A DNA stretch of 63,170 bases, counting the filler, from Reticulomyxa filosa (taxonomy: Eukaryota > Protista > Foraminifera), in assembly GCA_000512085.1 (NCBI GenBank). It is 21 parts of 21 records of this genome, joined end to end, with 100 filler letters (N's around TTAATTAATTAA, not from the genome) between each part and the next. Parts side by side here need not be neighbours in the genome. Positions count along the whole stretch, not along the records: positions 1 to 3,324 come from ASPP01011577.1; positions 3,425 to 4,938 come from ASPP01002142.1; positions 5,039 to 8,112 come from ASPP01024753.1; positions 8,213 to 12,246 come from ASPP01013484.1; positions 12,347 to 14,627 come from ASPP01038717.1; 16 more parts are not named here. One strand, given 5' to 3'. This document shows, piece after piece, positions 1-12,711 of this stretch (position 1 is the first letter of the stretch; each line of letters begins with the position of its first letter). The notes beneath the pieces are model-generated. The model saw nothing but the letters and a program-made list of their open reading frames with translations. It made no database searches and had not been told where the DNA came from. The position numbers and the translations under genes are program-made.

Positions 1-335
1 TTTTCTCTTGAAAAATAAATTGTATTTTAATTCTTCATCATCTATACATTTCTAACACTTGCACCGCACGTTTATATGAACACAAAGCCTTGGAAGTAGC
101 TATTCAAAATTGTTTGTGACGAAGTTTGTTACCAGAGCACGAAAAGGAAAAAGGTCGTCCAAAAAAGTCTTGTTAAAAGTTATTCGGATCATCCATCAAT
201 TCTCAAGCAATAGTTGCTGATTGAATACCTTTTTTTTTGCATTTTTGTCATTGAAAGGATTTTCCGTGTTTCTATCCTTTGCAGTGGCTCTCTATTAAAA
301 AAGAGGGGCAATCTCATAGTAACGACAGTTTGAAG

Positions 336-2927
336 ATGGAGTTTGTGAAAAATCTGGGAAGCAGTGTAGTGCAAAAATTGGATTCTTTCCAAGGCAGCGA
401 ACTGGAAAAGAAAGTGAAAGATGCCACGTCCAATGAGAATTGGGGTACTTCGAGTACACTGAGGAATGAAATCGTAGACGCGACGCACAACTACCAGGTA
501 GAACTTTTTTTTATTACAAAAAAAAAAACGGGAAAGCGCATTATTAAAAAAAACAACCATTAAAAAAAAAAAGGGGTTCCGTGAAGTAATGGGTATATTA
601 TGGAAGAGAATCGGAGAAAAAGGAAGCAATTGGCGAATTGTATTTAAATCATTAGAATTGTTAATGTTTTTGCTGAAGTGTGGTCACGATCGAATCGTCG
701 ACGAAACTCGTGACCATCAATACACATTAAGAGGACTTACGAATTTCACTTACATTGATCCTACCAATGGCCAAGACAAGTATGCAATCGTTTTTACCCC
801 TCTCTTCCCCTTCCCCCCCCCCTCTTCCTCTTCCTTAATAAAAAATAAATAATAAAAATCAAGAGGACGTGGAATTCGCCAGTTGTCACAACAAATCTTG
901 GACTTGCTCGGAGACAATAAACAATTAACTGCGGTTCGTGCGGAATCTCAAAGACAAAGGGTATGGTTTTTACGTATACTTTTTTTTTTTGGTTCTATTT
1001 TAAGCCAAGTCAATGTGGCCAGTGTAATATGATAAGTGTTTACGTAACGTATGCGTGCGTATTTTTTTTTTGAATAGAAAAAATTACATGACGCGGGGGC
1101 CACCGGTCTCATTAGCAATCAAAGTAAAGGCCACGGTAGCGTTGAACACGACCGTGATAATAATACTGGTAATAAATCTCTTTGATTCGAATCTCCGCAG
1201 TCTGTTGTAATATGTAATATAAAAACATCAACACCCAACTGCCTATGCGATGATAATATCTCAATTGTTCACTTTTTTTTTTATATAATTTTTTTTTTTT
1301 TTGCAAAGATGATATCGATGATTATGATGATTATGATGTCAATGACAATGATATTGACAACGGCAATGACGATGACGACGAAATATCTCCAAACAAAAAG
1401 AAGCGAGACAAAGATGATGACAATGACGACTTTGGTATGGAGTGTTTTATATTTACCTCTTATATATATATATTTATTTTTTTTTTTGATGAAGACCAAC
1501 TCTAAGTAGACCATATATTCATATTAAATTGTGTAATTAAACCTCTTTATAACAAGATTGGGCGGACGAAGAAAGTACGAAAAAGAAAAAGTCAAAGAAC
1601 AAGAAAAGAAAAAAAGAAGATGATGATAATGATGATGAAGAAGAAGATGATGATAATAACAAGGACAAAGAAATAGGAAAAAACAAAAAGACAAAGAAAA
1701 AACATCCGACGATAGTGATACTCATGAATCAAATGATGAGGATGAAAACATCAAATCAAAGGCAAAACATGTCTCACAAAAAGAATCGAAACACTCTGCC
1801 AATGTATGTGTGCTTTTTTTTTTTTTTTTGTGCAATAATCATTGCATTATCTTCTCCGGCTCTTCCTTTCCTTACCTTCACCAAACTTGTTTCTTGACTG
1901 TTTTTGCGTAGTCGACGAAAGCAAAGCCAGCATCCTCTGAGAAGAAAACAAGTGGCTCCAAAAATAACAATACATCGGATATCTTTGAATTTGATCAAAT
2001 AACAACTGCATTGCAAGGAGTTGATATTTGTTCAGACCTCAATAACTTTTCCAAAGGCAATACAAATAATCCTAAAAAACCATCAGTTCAACCTAGTCAT
2101 GGCCTCAACAATCACACACAAAAAAGCAGTTATCAAAGTCTGTTACAAACATCTCCTTTTGTTTAAAAGAAAGTACACATACGTTTTGTACTGACTATGA
2201 TTCGTTTGTTATGGAAATAGCTGTGCAATCGAATGATTTTTGGGATAGTTTGAACAACAACAATAACAATAACAATAACAACGCTTCACAAACTTATGCA
2301 GATGATATGTTTGGTGAGTTTCAAAGCAATGACGGTGCTGGCACTATTCCACTGCAAACAACAAACGGAAAGTCATTGAACGGAGGTACAAAACAAGAAG
2401 CATGGACAAACAAAAATGGAGGATATACACACCCGAATACAAGGCCAGTCTCCAATGGTGTCTGGGACTTAAGTGGAAATGCCACGAGTTTGAATAACAA
2501 TTTTCCCGAAAAGAATGGCTCTTACATGACAACTACTCCAGACACAACAAAGAAAACACATAGTTCCAATGCTGCTGCATTTTTAGCCACTTGTAACAAT
2601 CATCCGCAGCCGACAAATTTAGGTAAGCCTTTTTTTTTTTTTTTTTTCATATAACAGATAATACATTTTGTCAGTTTGTTTGTCTTTGCCGGCAGCAGGC
2701 GGAATAAATCCGATGGGACCAATAAATACCATAGGCCCAATGAATACCATGGGAATGGGATTTGGAATGGGCAATGTGCCGAATCAGAACATGGGCTTTG
2801 CGATGGGGCCAAATCCATCAATGCCGGAATAAATCCGAATTTGGGAATGTATCCGAACATGGCAATGGGAACTGGTATGAATATGAATCGTGGCTATGGA
2901 AATCCGAATCAGCCCAATCGTTGGTAA
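336..2927 (+). CDS. ENTH-domain (epsin/epsinR-like) clathrin adaptor, multi-exon
   Basis: Spliced reading gives ELEKKVKDATSNENWGTSST...|GFREVMGILWKRIGEKGSNWRIVFKSLELLMFLLKCG...DK|GRGIRQLSQQILDLLGD, a canonical ENTH domain. Introns 498-573 and 780-863 keep frame. An acidic/Lys-rich middle and a Met/Gly/Asn/Pro-rich tail follow. Later exon borders are approximate. Confidence 0.9.
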
Positions 2928-3324
2928 TTTAAGTGTTCAGCGGTGTGTTTGTCCGTTGGTAATGTTTTTTTTATTATTATTTTCATATTTCATTTTGAGA
3001 CCCCTTTAACTTGCAATGTTTCCGTTTCGTTTTTACGCAACTGAAGTTTGTGATTCTTTTGCCGTCAACAGCAACAACATCTTTTTTTAAGTAGTTGAGA
3101 GGATAAAGATAAGAGCACTATTTCCCGTATCTCTGATTATCTGCAAGACTTTGCGCTGTATACTGCCTTACTTTTGAATAGTTCAACAAAAACGAAAGTT
3201 CTAGCATTCGAAATTTTTAAAAAACATGTTGTGGGGAGTCTACTGTGGAGAATCTGCACTAAACGTAATACGAAATGAAATTAGTTCCAAAAGAACAATT
3301 TCAATAAAAGGAAAGTAAATTAAA

Positions 3325-3424
3325 NNNNNNNNNNNNNNNNNNNNNNNNNNNNNNNNNNNNNNNNNNNNTTAATTAATTAANNNNNNNNNNNNNNNNNNNN
3401 NNNNNNNNNNNNNNNNNNNNNNNN
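3325..3424. other. Artificial contig linker N44-TTAATTAATTAA-N44 (first of 20)
   Basis: Identical 100-nt spacer with stops in all six frames. It also starts at 4939, 8113, 12247, 14628, 16110, 23043, 24992, 27597, 28757, 30422, 31775, 40843, 43607, 46043, 51083, 52477, 54380, 58448 and 60741. Confidence 0.99.
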
Positions 3425-3432
3425 TTTTTTTA

Positions 3433-3750
3433 GTGACCGGACTCAAAGGACTAGAACATTTGGAATTGCGTCAAACTCGTTCGTATAACAATGTGCAGCC
3501 AAGAAGCAGATTGCTAAACTCCCCTTGCGAAGGCAAAGAGTACAACAAGGATCGGGGAGTGGAAATGGAATTCAAAGCGACGGAGATAAAAGAAGGAGGA
3601 ATATTGCAAGTGTCGCTTCGACCGATTGCCTATTCTCGGAACACGACATATCGCTTTGTGTTATGTCAAAGTGGCGACAAGAAGACCCATTTGGATAGAT
3701 GTGTATCACTTTCTTCAGGTTGTTTTGATTTGCTGTATGTTAAAGGAGTT

Positions 3751-3790
<40 letters not shown>

Positions 3791-4478
3791 AACTCAATTA
3801 TTAACACTCGCTTTGTGTATGTGTGTGTGGGGGGTTCACTAATAAATAAATAAAACAAGAAAGATGGACAAACAGTATTTGAATTGAACATGACTGACAA
3901 AAACAAAGATAAGAAACAAGAAGAGTACGTCACACACACACGCATTACGTATCCCACGTGGCATTGGAAAGCCATTAACAACAACATTGCCTCACAGTGA
4001 CCGCCTCTCAATGACTCTGATCTTCGAATGGCTCGTTCCCTTTCAACGTCATTTACAATTGCGTTGATTTACAGTTGGTGCAAGATACTCCACACTTTCT
4101 TCTTCCGACTCCGTCATTTGGGAGACTTACGTATCACCGTTCCGTTTTTTTTTTTAATGTATAATTTATTATATATATATATATATATGTGTATATATAT
4201 GTATATATTTATACATATATACATATATGTTATTTATATTTTGTTATTATAATTTTTCAAAAAGTGAGGTCAGATCACTATTGGATTGGAGTACAACAAC
4301 ATCGAACCCGGTGACGAGCGTTGTGGAAAAGAAGGGGTCAGGTCTCGGCACCACGACCTTGATTGTGATCATTGTTTTGTCCGTTGTTGGATGCCTTTGC
4401 GTTTGCATGTGCATCATCTCCCAACCATTTCGAAAGATTTGTTTTACTTGCGTCTGTGGTGTGTGCGGCGGCGACTAA
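3433..4478 (+). CDS. Hypothetical single-pass membrane protein, 5'-partial, with Cys-rich cytoplasmic tail
   Basis: Exons near 3433-3717, 3860-4137 and 4265-4478. C-terminal hydrophobic helix LIVIIVLSVVGCLCVCMCII is followed by RKICFTCVCGVCGGD*. Confidence 0.6.
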
Positions 4479-5038
4479 AACAAAACAAAAATAAATAATG
4501 AGAATGACGAAATAACGTGCTTTACATTTCATTCCCTCTGAATCTTTTTTGTCCAGAGTGAAAAAAAAAAGGGGTCTAAAAAGTTTGGCTCTGAAATGAT
4601 GTATAAGTGCTTGAACCCAAAAATAACCACTTTTGTAAATATAAATTTTCATCCCAAAAAAAAAAAAAAAAAAAAAAAAGTGGAATGTAAACATTACAAA
4701 GTTCTTTGCTTTGTTTTTTTTTTAAATTTCATATTCTCATGCAATCTTTTTTTTTTGTAAAAAAAAAAATCATTAAATAATATGAGTAGAGAAAATTAAT
4801 TATTGTAGTAAAAATGAAGTTCACTCTGCTGATACTTGACACTGACAGATTGGGCACGTTGGATTTTGATGGAGCCACTGAAATTTGTGCAACCCGAAAA
4901 AACAGAGCACATGCACATATATATATATATATATATATNNNNNNNNNNNNNNNNNNNNNNNNNNNNNNNNNNNNNNNNNNNNTTAATTAATTAANNNNNN
5001 NNNNNNNNNNNNNNNNNNNNNNNNNNNNNNNNNNNNNN

Positions 5039-6226
5039 GAAGAAGACGATGATAATGACGATAATGATGACGATAATGATGACGATAATGATGATGATGA
5101 TAATTATGGGGATAGTAATGAAGATGAAGAAAACAAAGAGGAAAGAATAAAAAAATCGAAAGACAAAGACAAAGAAGGACGAACAAGTGGAACGAGTAAA
5201 AGGCCCAACACATTAAGTGCTCCTGCACACAGAAAGCGCACGCAAAGCGAGGATAGTTCTGGAGTTGGACCATCTTCCTCGTCCAGTTGCAACACTTTGT
5301 CCGGGGATGATCTTTCTCAAGACAAAGCTGCAGAGGACATCAACAATCGATGCCATCCAACCAAATCCATTAAGTCCACCGCTCTGTCGTACTCACCTGT
5401 CCCACATTTTGCGCTTCACAAGGACGCAAATCAAAACAATGCGAAACGCGTCCCCGTCCGTGCTGAAACAGAACATCCTAACAAAAGTCTTCGCTTCAAT
5501 GTAACTCAAAATGATACTGACAGTGACAGCAGTGGTGAAACAGATGATCAAGTGTGGGAAAGTAGTGCAAGTGCAAAAACTGAAGACAAGCAGCTGGCTA
5601 AAACCAAGGAAAAAGAAAAAGAAAAAGAAAAAGCCAGAAAAAATGAAACCCAATTGAAAAAAACAAACACGCTCAAACGAAATTGCGACAAAAGGATGCT
5701 CATGATCAAAGTGACAAAGAGGTATGTCATAAACTTTTTCAGCTTATAATAAAATAATAATAATAACAATGGCGCTGTGTTTTGTCTTTGCTTTTTTTTT
5801 TTTTTGATATAGATGAAAGTATCTGTAGTGGTGAATCGCTCTCGACAGGAACGTGGTAATGACGCGTCTAAACGCAAGCATTCGCCAATGAGTACGAGTC
5901 CTCGAGGTGCCAAAGGTAATAGCTCTCATGAGGAAGAGCACCATTCACGTGAGGAGAGTCGAGATGCACGTATGATATTGCGCAAGGAAAAAGAAGAAGG
6001 GGATGAAGATGAAGACAGTGAAGAACAGGAAGAAAATGTAGAGATTGATTCGGATGGTTATGACATTACCCTGCGGACGACTGATAAGAAGGCACAAGGT
6101 AGTTATAATGTCAACATTTCGAGAAAACGTAAAGATCGCACTTGTCGTGACGAGGAAAAACGTGTCAATTCACTTATTGCTGATGAAGAGCGAACGGATA
6201 TTATGGCAGTTAGTGAGGAAGCCTGA
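5039..6226 (+). CDS. Hypothetical acidic/Lys-rich low-complexity protein, 3' part
   Basis: Open frame from the contig start (D/N repeats) to 5721, GT-AG intron 5722-5812, then exon 5813-6226. Confidence 0.6.
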
Positions 6227-6861
6227 TTCCAAAGTTTGCTTACTTTGGTTATCTCATTGTTTTGATTTTGCGCTGTGTTGTCAAATTGGAAGAACAAAAT
6301 AACATGAAAATTTCAAATGAAAAAACAAAAAAATTTTTTTGTTTACAAGGCAATCGGCAAGCTGGTTTTTTTGTCATTTGCTTTGGGTTGGTGTTTTTTG
6401 TTTTTGAAATTGTAATTTTCGTCACAGCACTACAATGTTGGTTTTGTTCTTCCAAAAATAGCTTTCTTAAAAAATGTAACTGATCTTACAATACAATCAG
6501 CTTTATTAAGATATATCGTTTCATCAACAAAATGCCGTCACGTACGTTCTTGAAGCGAGAGAACATGACAACCAGATCAGAAGGCGATGAGACAATTATC
6601 CAACAGATATATTTTAACGTAACAAGAAAACGATGGATAAATAATTTCAAAGTCTTGTTTAATTTTCCAAAAACTAAAAAAAACTTGTGTATTGAGAAGA
6701 ATTGGAGTGATTCACACAATTTGATAATTTTGGACAACGATCTAAAACAATTGTGAACAAGAATAGAACCCAGCACACAAGGAACAAAGAGTTTGAACTT
6801 GATAAAAAATAATCTGCTCAATTACAATGTAAAAAATCTATTTTATTTTTTGATTTTATTA

Positions 6862-8112
6862 TTAATTATTCACTGGTAACATTCCTCTTTCTTGAAACAC
6901 TTGAGCACAAATCTCGTAGCTCGTTCCTGCATGTATAAGGAATAAATTGTCTGGTAATTGCTGCACTTGTTCCTCTAATCTTTCATTACTCATGGCTGTT
7001 CCCAAATATTCTTTGAGCAGAATAGAAGATGCTTTTTGATACGTTTCTTGGCTTAATTTGGTCTCCAAAAATTGTTTCCATTGTATCAACAATTCCCATA
7101 TCAAATTTAAGTCACTTTCGACTACAAAACTTCGCAGAACGGGTTTCAAAGATTCGGGTACTTTTGTTTGATACAATATCATCAATTTTCTTGGTATTTT
7201 GTTCCAGACATTTTCTGCAAGCAAATGTAGTCTTTCCAAATATTTCCAAAGGTCTTCACAATGGGCCAAACGCAACTCTTGAACTTGAGTAAAAGGTTCA
7301 AATTCGGCCTGTTGTAAATGCAAAACATCTCTCATGTAAGCACCAACAGCACAATTATTATCTGGAAGATCTTTTTGTCGACGCAATGCAATAAAGACTT
7401 GTTCTAATGCCTGTCTTGCAACTTTAAAAGCAAGCGTCGAATTTGCATTTGTATTTGCAATTTGTCTTCTAATGTTTTGTACAGTATTTCCACCAAGTGC
7501 AATATCCGCACGTTGATCAATCTTCAGTTTTAAGTTCTTAAGAAGTTCTTGCCCAACACGTTGGAAATATTCTTGTTTAACAGTAGTAGGTCTTGCTTCA
7601 TTGTATTTCGCAGTTATTTCTACAATTACCTGTCGAATGTCATATTGTCCTGCCAATTCAAATATCAACTCACTTAATGTAAACTTGATTATTTTTCTTC
7701 CCACTATGTAATTCTCTTTCATTCGACTCTCCAATAATCTCAAATTCACAGCAAATGGTACTTTTGTTCCATATTCAAACTTTTGACTAGTGCATTCTTG
7801 TATTTCTCTTTTTTTTTTTTTTAAATACAATATCAATCAAACATTACACATTGCATATACTATTTTTTTTTTAAAAAATAATACAAACTGCAAGAATTTA
7901 GTCTCATCAATTCCAACGACATCCTTTTCGCTGGAAATATGAGTCAGCAAAATTTCTCCCAACGTATGTGTTGCAAGTGCATTTTCGTCAGTAGTATTTA
8001 GTCTTAGATATTTGTAACATTTAATTGTAAAACTCATTCAAAATATCAGAACATACAATGCATACACACATATACATATATGTATATGTATATACTAAAC
8101 TGATGACAATTG
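6862..8112 (-). CDS. RNF213/mysterin-like protein, C-terminal domain (5'-partial)
   Basis: FEYGTKVPFAVNLRLLESRMKENYIVGRKII, YMRDVLHL, LRLAHCEDLWKYL and QLPDNLFLIH are colinear with my recollection of the RNF213 C-terminus (EFDLEKIQRQIVSRFLQGKP, YTQDILQM, CQLKHTIALWQFL, FPEEILLAS). Confidence 0.65.
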
Positions 8113-8286
8113 NNNNNNNNNNNNNNNNNNNNNNNNNNNNNNNNNNNNNNNNNNNNTTAATTAATTAANNNNNNNNNNNNNNNNNNNNNNNNNNNNNNNN
8201 NNNNNNNNNNNNAAAAAAAAAAAAAATCCTTAATTCAATCATTTAAAAAAAAATCAACAAAAAAAAAAAAAAATGATCTATTATAG

Positions 8287-9070
8287 AATAGCAATACCGA
8301 GGGATTACTATATAACACGAACCAAACTGTGTTGGACCCAAGAATAATGTCGTTTCCAAACACAGTGACGACGATACAACCGTCGTTTACCCAATTCGCC
8401 AGTTTGCCTCCGGGACCCTATTTGGCACCACCCGCAATGTACGGAAAAACTTTGGAAGTTTTGGCTGCCGTTTCTCCGAACTTTGCGCCTTTTGGCAAGC
8501 CAAGTCCCTCTCCGGCCATGTTGTCACCCCCAAACTTACCCAATAATGTGTGTTACATTTATAAATATATTTATGTATGTATATGTATATGTATACATAT
8601 ACATATATATGTATGCACATATATTGATACTCTAGAGTGGATTGGCAGGACTCTCCCCTCCAAATCCAAATCCAATCAACCAAAGCGCATCGAATATGCT
8701 GTTGCAATTATCTGGATTAAACCAATTTGCGAATGGCAATACAAATCCATCATTCACTGGAAATGTCGGTGCGCAGGCCACCAATTTCGCCAATTTGACC
8801 GCATTTGTACCCCCATCTAGCATAACTGCGTTACAACAGCTGTCTCCAACTTGGGGGGCCACTCTCCAAAATTTAAATTCGGTCGCCTCAATCCCAAGTG
8901 TGCATAACACCTTTTCGACAACAGGGACTAATGCTCTGTCTTCTTCTGTTCACGTTAGCAAGACCAATACCAATACTAATGGCAATAACAATTCAATCCT
9001 TATGAAAATTTGCCACTCAACCTGAATGGCTTGACCATCTCTCCGCCCAATCTGCCGTCAAAGGACAAGT
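8287..9070 (+). CDS. Hypothetical Pro/Asn/Ser/Thr-rich low-complexity protein fragment
   Basis: Two exon-like blocks (~8287-8547, ~8636-9025/9068) separated by a (TA/ATAC)-rich intron. No domain recognised. Confidence 0.45.
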
Positions 9071-10377
9071 AATACATTGTTTTATCTCTTCATTCCTTTT
9101 TTTGTTTATTCATTTAATTTACTTATTATGTGTGTGGTTTTTTTCATTCCTGGAAATACAGCATGATGAATCAGAGATAATGTTGTAATAATGAACACGT
9201 TGCAAAATGAGATGGTTTTTAGAACAAGCAAGGGGAGGGAAGGAAAAAAAAAAAGGGGAGAAAGGAAGTAATGCGGGAAAGGGAAAAACAATTGAAATGA
9301 TGTCGTGCTTTTTTTCTTTGACTTCATTTCAAAAAAAATTCACACAAAAACCATTATCGACAAACACATATCGCAGCATTTTTGTGTTTCTGAGTGAACA
9401 AAGAAAGATCCTTTGTGTTGTTTTTTTGTTTTTTTTTGGTTTGTCTCATTTTGTTTTTTTTCATTTTGCTTTGTTTCATTTTGTGTTTGGTCTTTTGTTT
9501 TGTGATTCGACAGAATGGATTAGGTTTTTTTTTTGTGGCTCCGCAGCGAGGGAAAAAAGGGAGTTTGTGATGACATAATATCATTTCAAAAATGATACAA
9601 CGTTTTTTTCATTGTTTTGTTTTGGATGTTTGGAAAGTGTTGTCACGTGTTTGGTCTGTCTTAGTCGTGACATCGAATTTGTATGTTGTCAAGTGGTTTT
9701 TGTGCTGTTCTTTCTTTTTTTAAACTTTTGTTTTTTCTTTTGAAACAAGATCAACCCGTCAACCAAACTTTTTGGGTTTTTTTACATGGGCAAAATGTTT
9801 GATCCAAAGACTATTGTTGCCTAACAATTGATTTAAATACGACTGGATATACACAAAGAAATGTAATTTTTGAAGATTTTGTAGACCTGCGTTAAAACAG
9901 GGTAAAAAATAATCGTGTTTTATCGCTTTCCCCTTTTTTTTTGATTTATACTCATTTTTCTTGTGGTTAATTTCACTTTTTTTCAATAATGCTAAAATAT
10001 TGCTCAATATTTGAATTGTACTCATGTGCTGATTCTCTTTAAATATTACATTTTCTCCACGTTATTCGCTCTAAATTAGAAACATAATTGTTCAACCTTG
10101 ACTTTAATTTTTGAAAAATTTACAAATTCCTTAAAATTGATTTTAAGAGCTCACATACTATTTGTCATCTCTGGACAAAGAAGGGATTGGCCCATCGTAG
10201 GGGAACAGTTTGCCATGAGGATAAACATAAAATGGGCAAGAGCTAATTTTTTAGAACAAAGGGAGCAAGGGAATATAATCGAGATTGCAACGCACGTTTA
10301 CAATACACTCAAAATACAAACAATTCATCTAATGCAATTCAAAATTCCATTTGTGGCATTTTTCTGGTTAAAAAAAA

Positions 10378-11599
10378 CTACAGACAAAAAATGGCAATGA
10401 CAGAAAAAAGATCTTTAGCCCATTCTAACCCCTTTCTTTTGTCTTGTTTCCACCAATAAGTTACAATAGTCTTGACTTTTTCAGGAGTCTATCAAAAAAC
10501 ACATTATATTTCTTTAGGATGCATATACTTTCGCGAAAAAAAAAAAGCTTGCACATAAATTTTTTTTGATAACGTATAAAAAATGTACAAGAAAAGATAA
10601 AATATAATGAATAGCAAGGGGGTTGTAATCGTCATTCATTCCCCCAATGAGATGAATAGAGGAATGGACAAGGGCAATGGCCGAATTGCGGATTGGAAAG
10701 GGCATGCAAACGTTGCACTTGCTCCACAATTGAGAATCAATTTGATACGAAATGATATCATCCATGCATGTTTCGTTATCAAAATCACTTCCGCCAAAGA
10801 AAAAAATGCGACGATTGAATTGGGCACATGCAAAGCCCCAACGTTGGTTGAAAGGCTCAAATCCAGGTAAAGGTGAATAACGAAATTCTTTTTGGAGTTC
10901 GTCAAATTTCACCAATACACACTCATTCCCTTGAATGACAACCATGCCGTTTTTGTTTTGAAACGGCACCAAACAGTGATAGCCAAGATTTTCGCGGATA
11001 GGCATAGTGTCCTGGTATTTGACGTTTTGCAGATATGTAAAGGATTTTAAGTCGATCACATCAATATACTGTGGCTTTCTTGTAATAAATAACAAGTCAT
11101 TGTTCGCCCCACCAACTGATGCTCTTGCACCGCACAAGTCATGTTGCCCCTCCTTTCCAAATGTCACTTCATTTGGAATGGATGTCCATTGGTTCATCCC
11201 ATCTTCTATTGGCTTTTCTTCCCAGACACTTTGATACGTCAGCCATTTCGTATGGTATGGGGCCCCATATCTGGAGACATCTCCTCCAAACGACAGCAAC
11301 ATTTGTCTCCCGTTGCTTTTTTTCAAGTGCAGCGGATACAATACAACTGAGTGTCCGACAAGTGCAATCTCTCGTCCGTATGCACATATTCGTTTGTATT
11401 GCCCTTTCTTTACATGATAGGAAAAACAGTCCTTGGTCCTTCCACCTCCACATATCAATATTTCATCTCCTATCGTCACACACTGCGCCTCTGTTACTTC
11501 CTTTGGCAATGGAGCCAGTGTTTTCAACGCTGGTATGGACAGAAGAGAGTCCTCTGAGTTAGGATTTTTGATTGTTGCTTTGGCTTCTGATTGTGTCAT
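10378..11599 (-). CDS. Kelch-like beta-propeller protein
   Basis: QCVTIGDEILICGG, FFFGG and IHLIGG Kelch GG motifs. A short last exon reads TPEKVKTIVTYWWKQDKRKGLEWAKDLFSVIAIFCL* (stop 10378-10380). Confidence 0.85.
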
Positions 11600-11987
11600 T
11601 CGTTAAACTTTGCTAATATTTATAGGCAGTAAAAAAAGGGTTTGACAGTATTAAAAGTTATGGGGAAAAACACCTGTAGTTTCTCTAAAAGGACAACATA
11701 GTTTAAAATATTTCTAGTTCAACATATCCCATTGTCACGTGCTCAAAAGCCAATACTTCTTTTTAAGAAAATTTTCTGAATAAAAAAGTAGTGTGATGAA
11801 TACTTGTCGTTCTAAAAATAATGAATAAGCTTGAAACAATTAATTGATTGTAGGAACATTAAAAAAAAAGTGTCTTAAAAGCAAGCTCTGGCTTGTGTAA
11901 AGCCCGAAACAAAATAAAACTACAATCAGATTAAACGAATTGGAAATCTTTGGCAAAATATTGTAGCATTCTTCTATTTTGTTGATA

Positions 11988-12112
11988 ATGGATTGGTATG
12001 AGAAAATTCGCCGGCAGTTTGGAATTCCCCCGTTTGAAGATTTTAAGGCGTCGAACGGGACTGTCCGAGAGGCAAGAAAAATTCGTAACCAGCTATTGGA
12101 AATATTGAACTC
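11988..12112 (+). CDS. Probable first exon of an unknown gene
   Basis: ATG...MDWYEKIRRQFGIPPFEDFKASNGTVREARKIRNQLLEILN followed by a GTAAGT donor. The contig ends in the intron. Confidence 0.45.
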
Positions 12113-12346
12113 GTAAGTGTTGCAAAAAGGAGATGAGCATAGTATAGAATATATATATATATATGTACAGAAACATTTACTTATGGTTTTGGACGTGCGT
12201 GTGTGTGTGTCATATGTGGTAAATTGAAATATAAAAAAAAAAAAAANNNNNNNNNNNNNNNNNNNNNNNNNNNNNNNNNNNNNNNNNNNNTTAATTAATT
12301 AANNNNNNNNNNNNNNNNNNNNNNNNNNNNNNNNNNNNNNNNNNNN

Positions 12347-12679
12347 AAAAAAAAAAAAAAAAAAAAGATTGCATATAATGTGTTGGAGTGAATATAAAAT
12401 ATAGAGCCTCTCACGTAACCAAAGCTCGGAAGTCTGAATAAGTGCATCTTAGCCAATGTCACTTGGGTGGAGTTCAAAATGGGCTCCGTCGCTCCAAACC
12501 AGTACTCGCTGTCCGCTTTCACCGTCCAAAAAAACACAAATGGATATACCAAAAACCAAAGATACGTCCCTATCATACCCACGCACGAAGCGTCGCGATT
12601 TATCACCAAGTACAAGTCTGTTTATTTCCCCCCCCCCCGGGATGCAAATGATGTTGATGTGTTTCCATGCCGTCATTAA

Positions 12680-12711
<32 letters not shown>

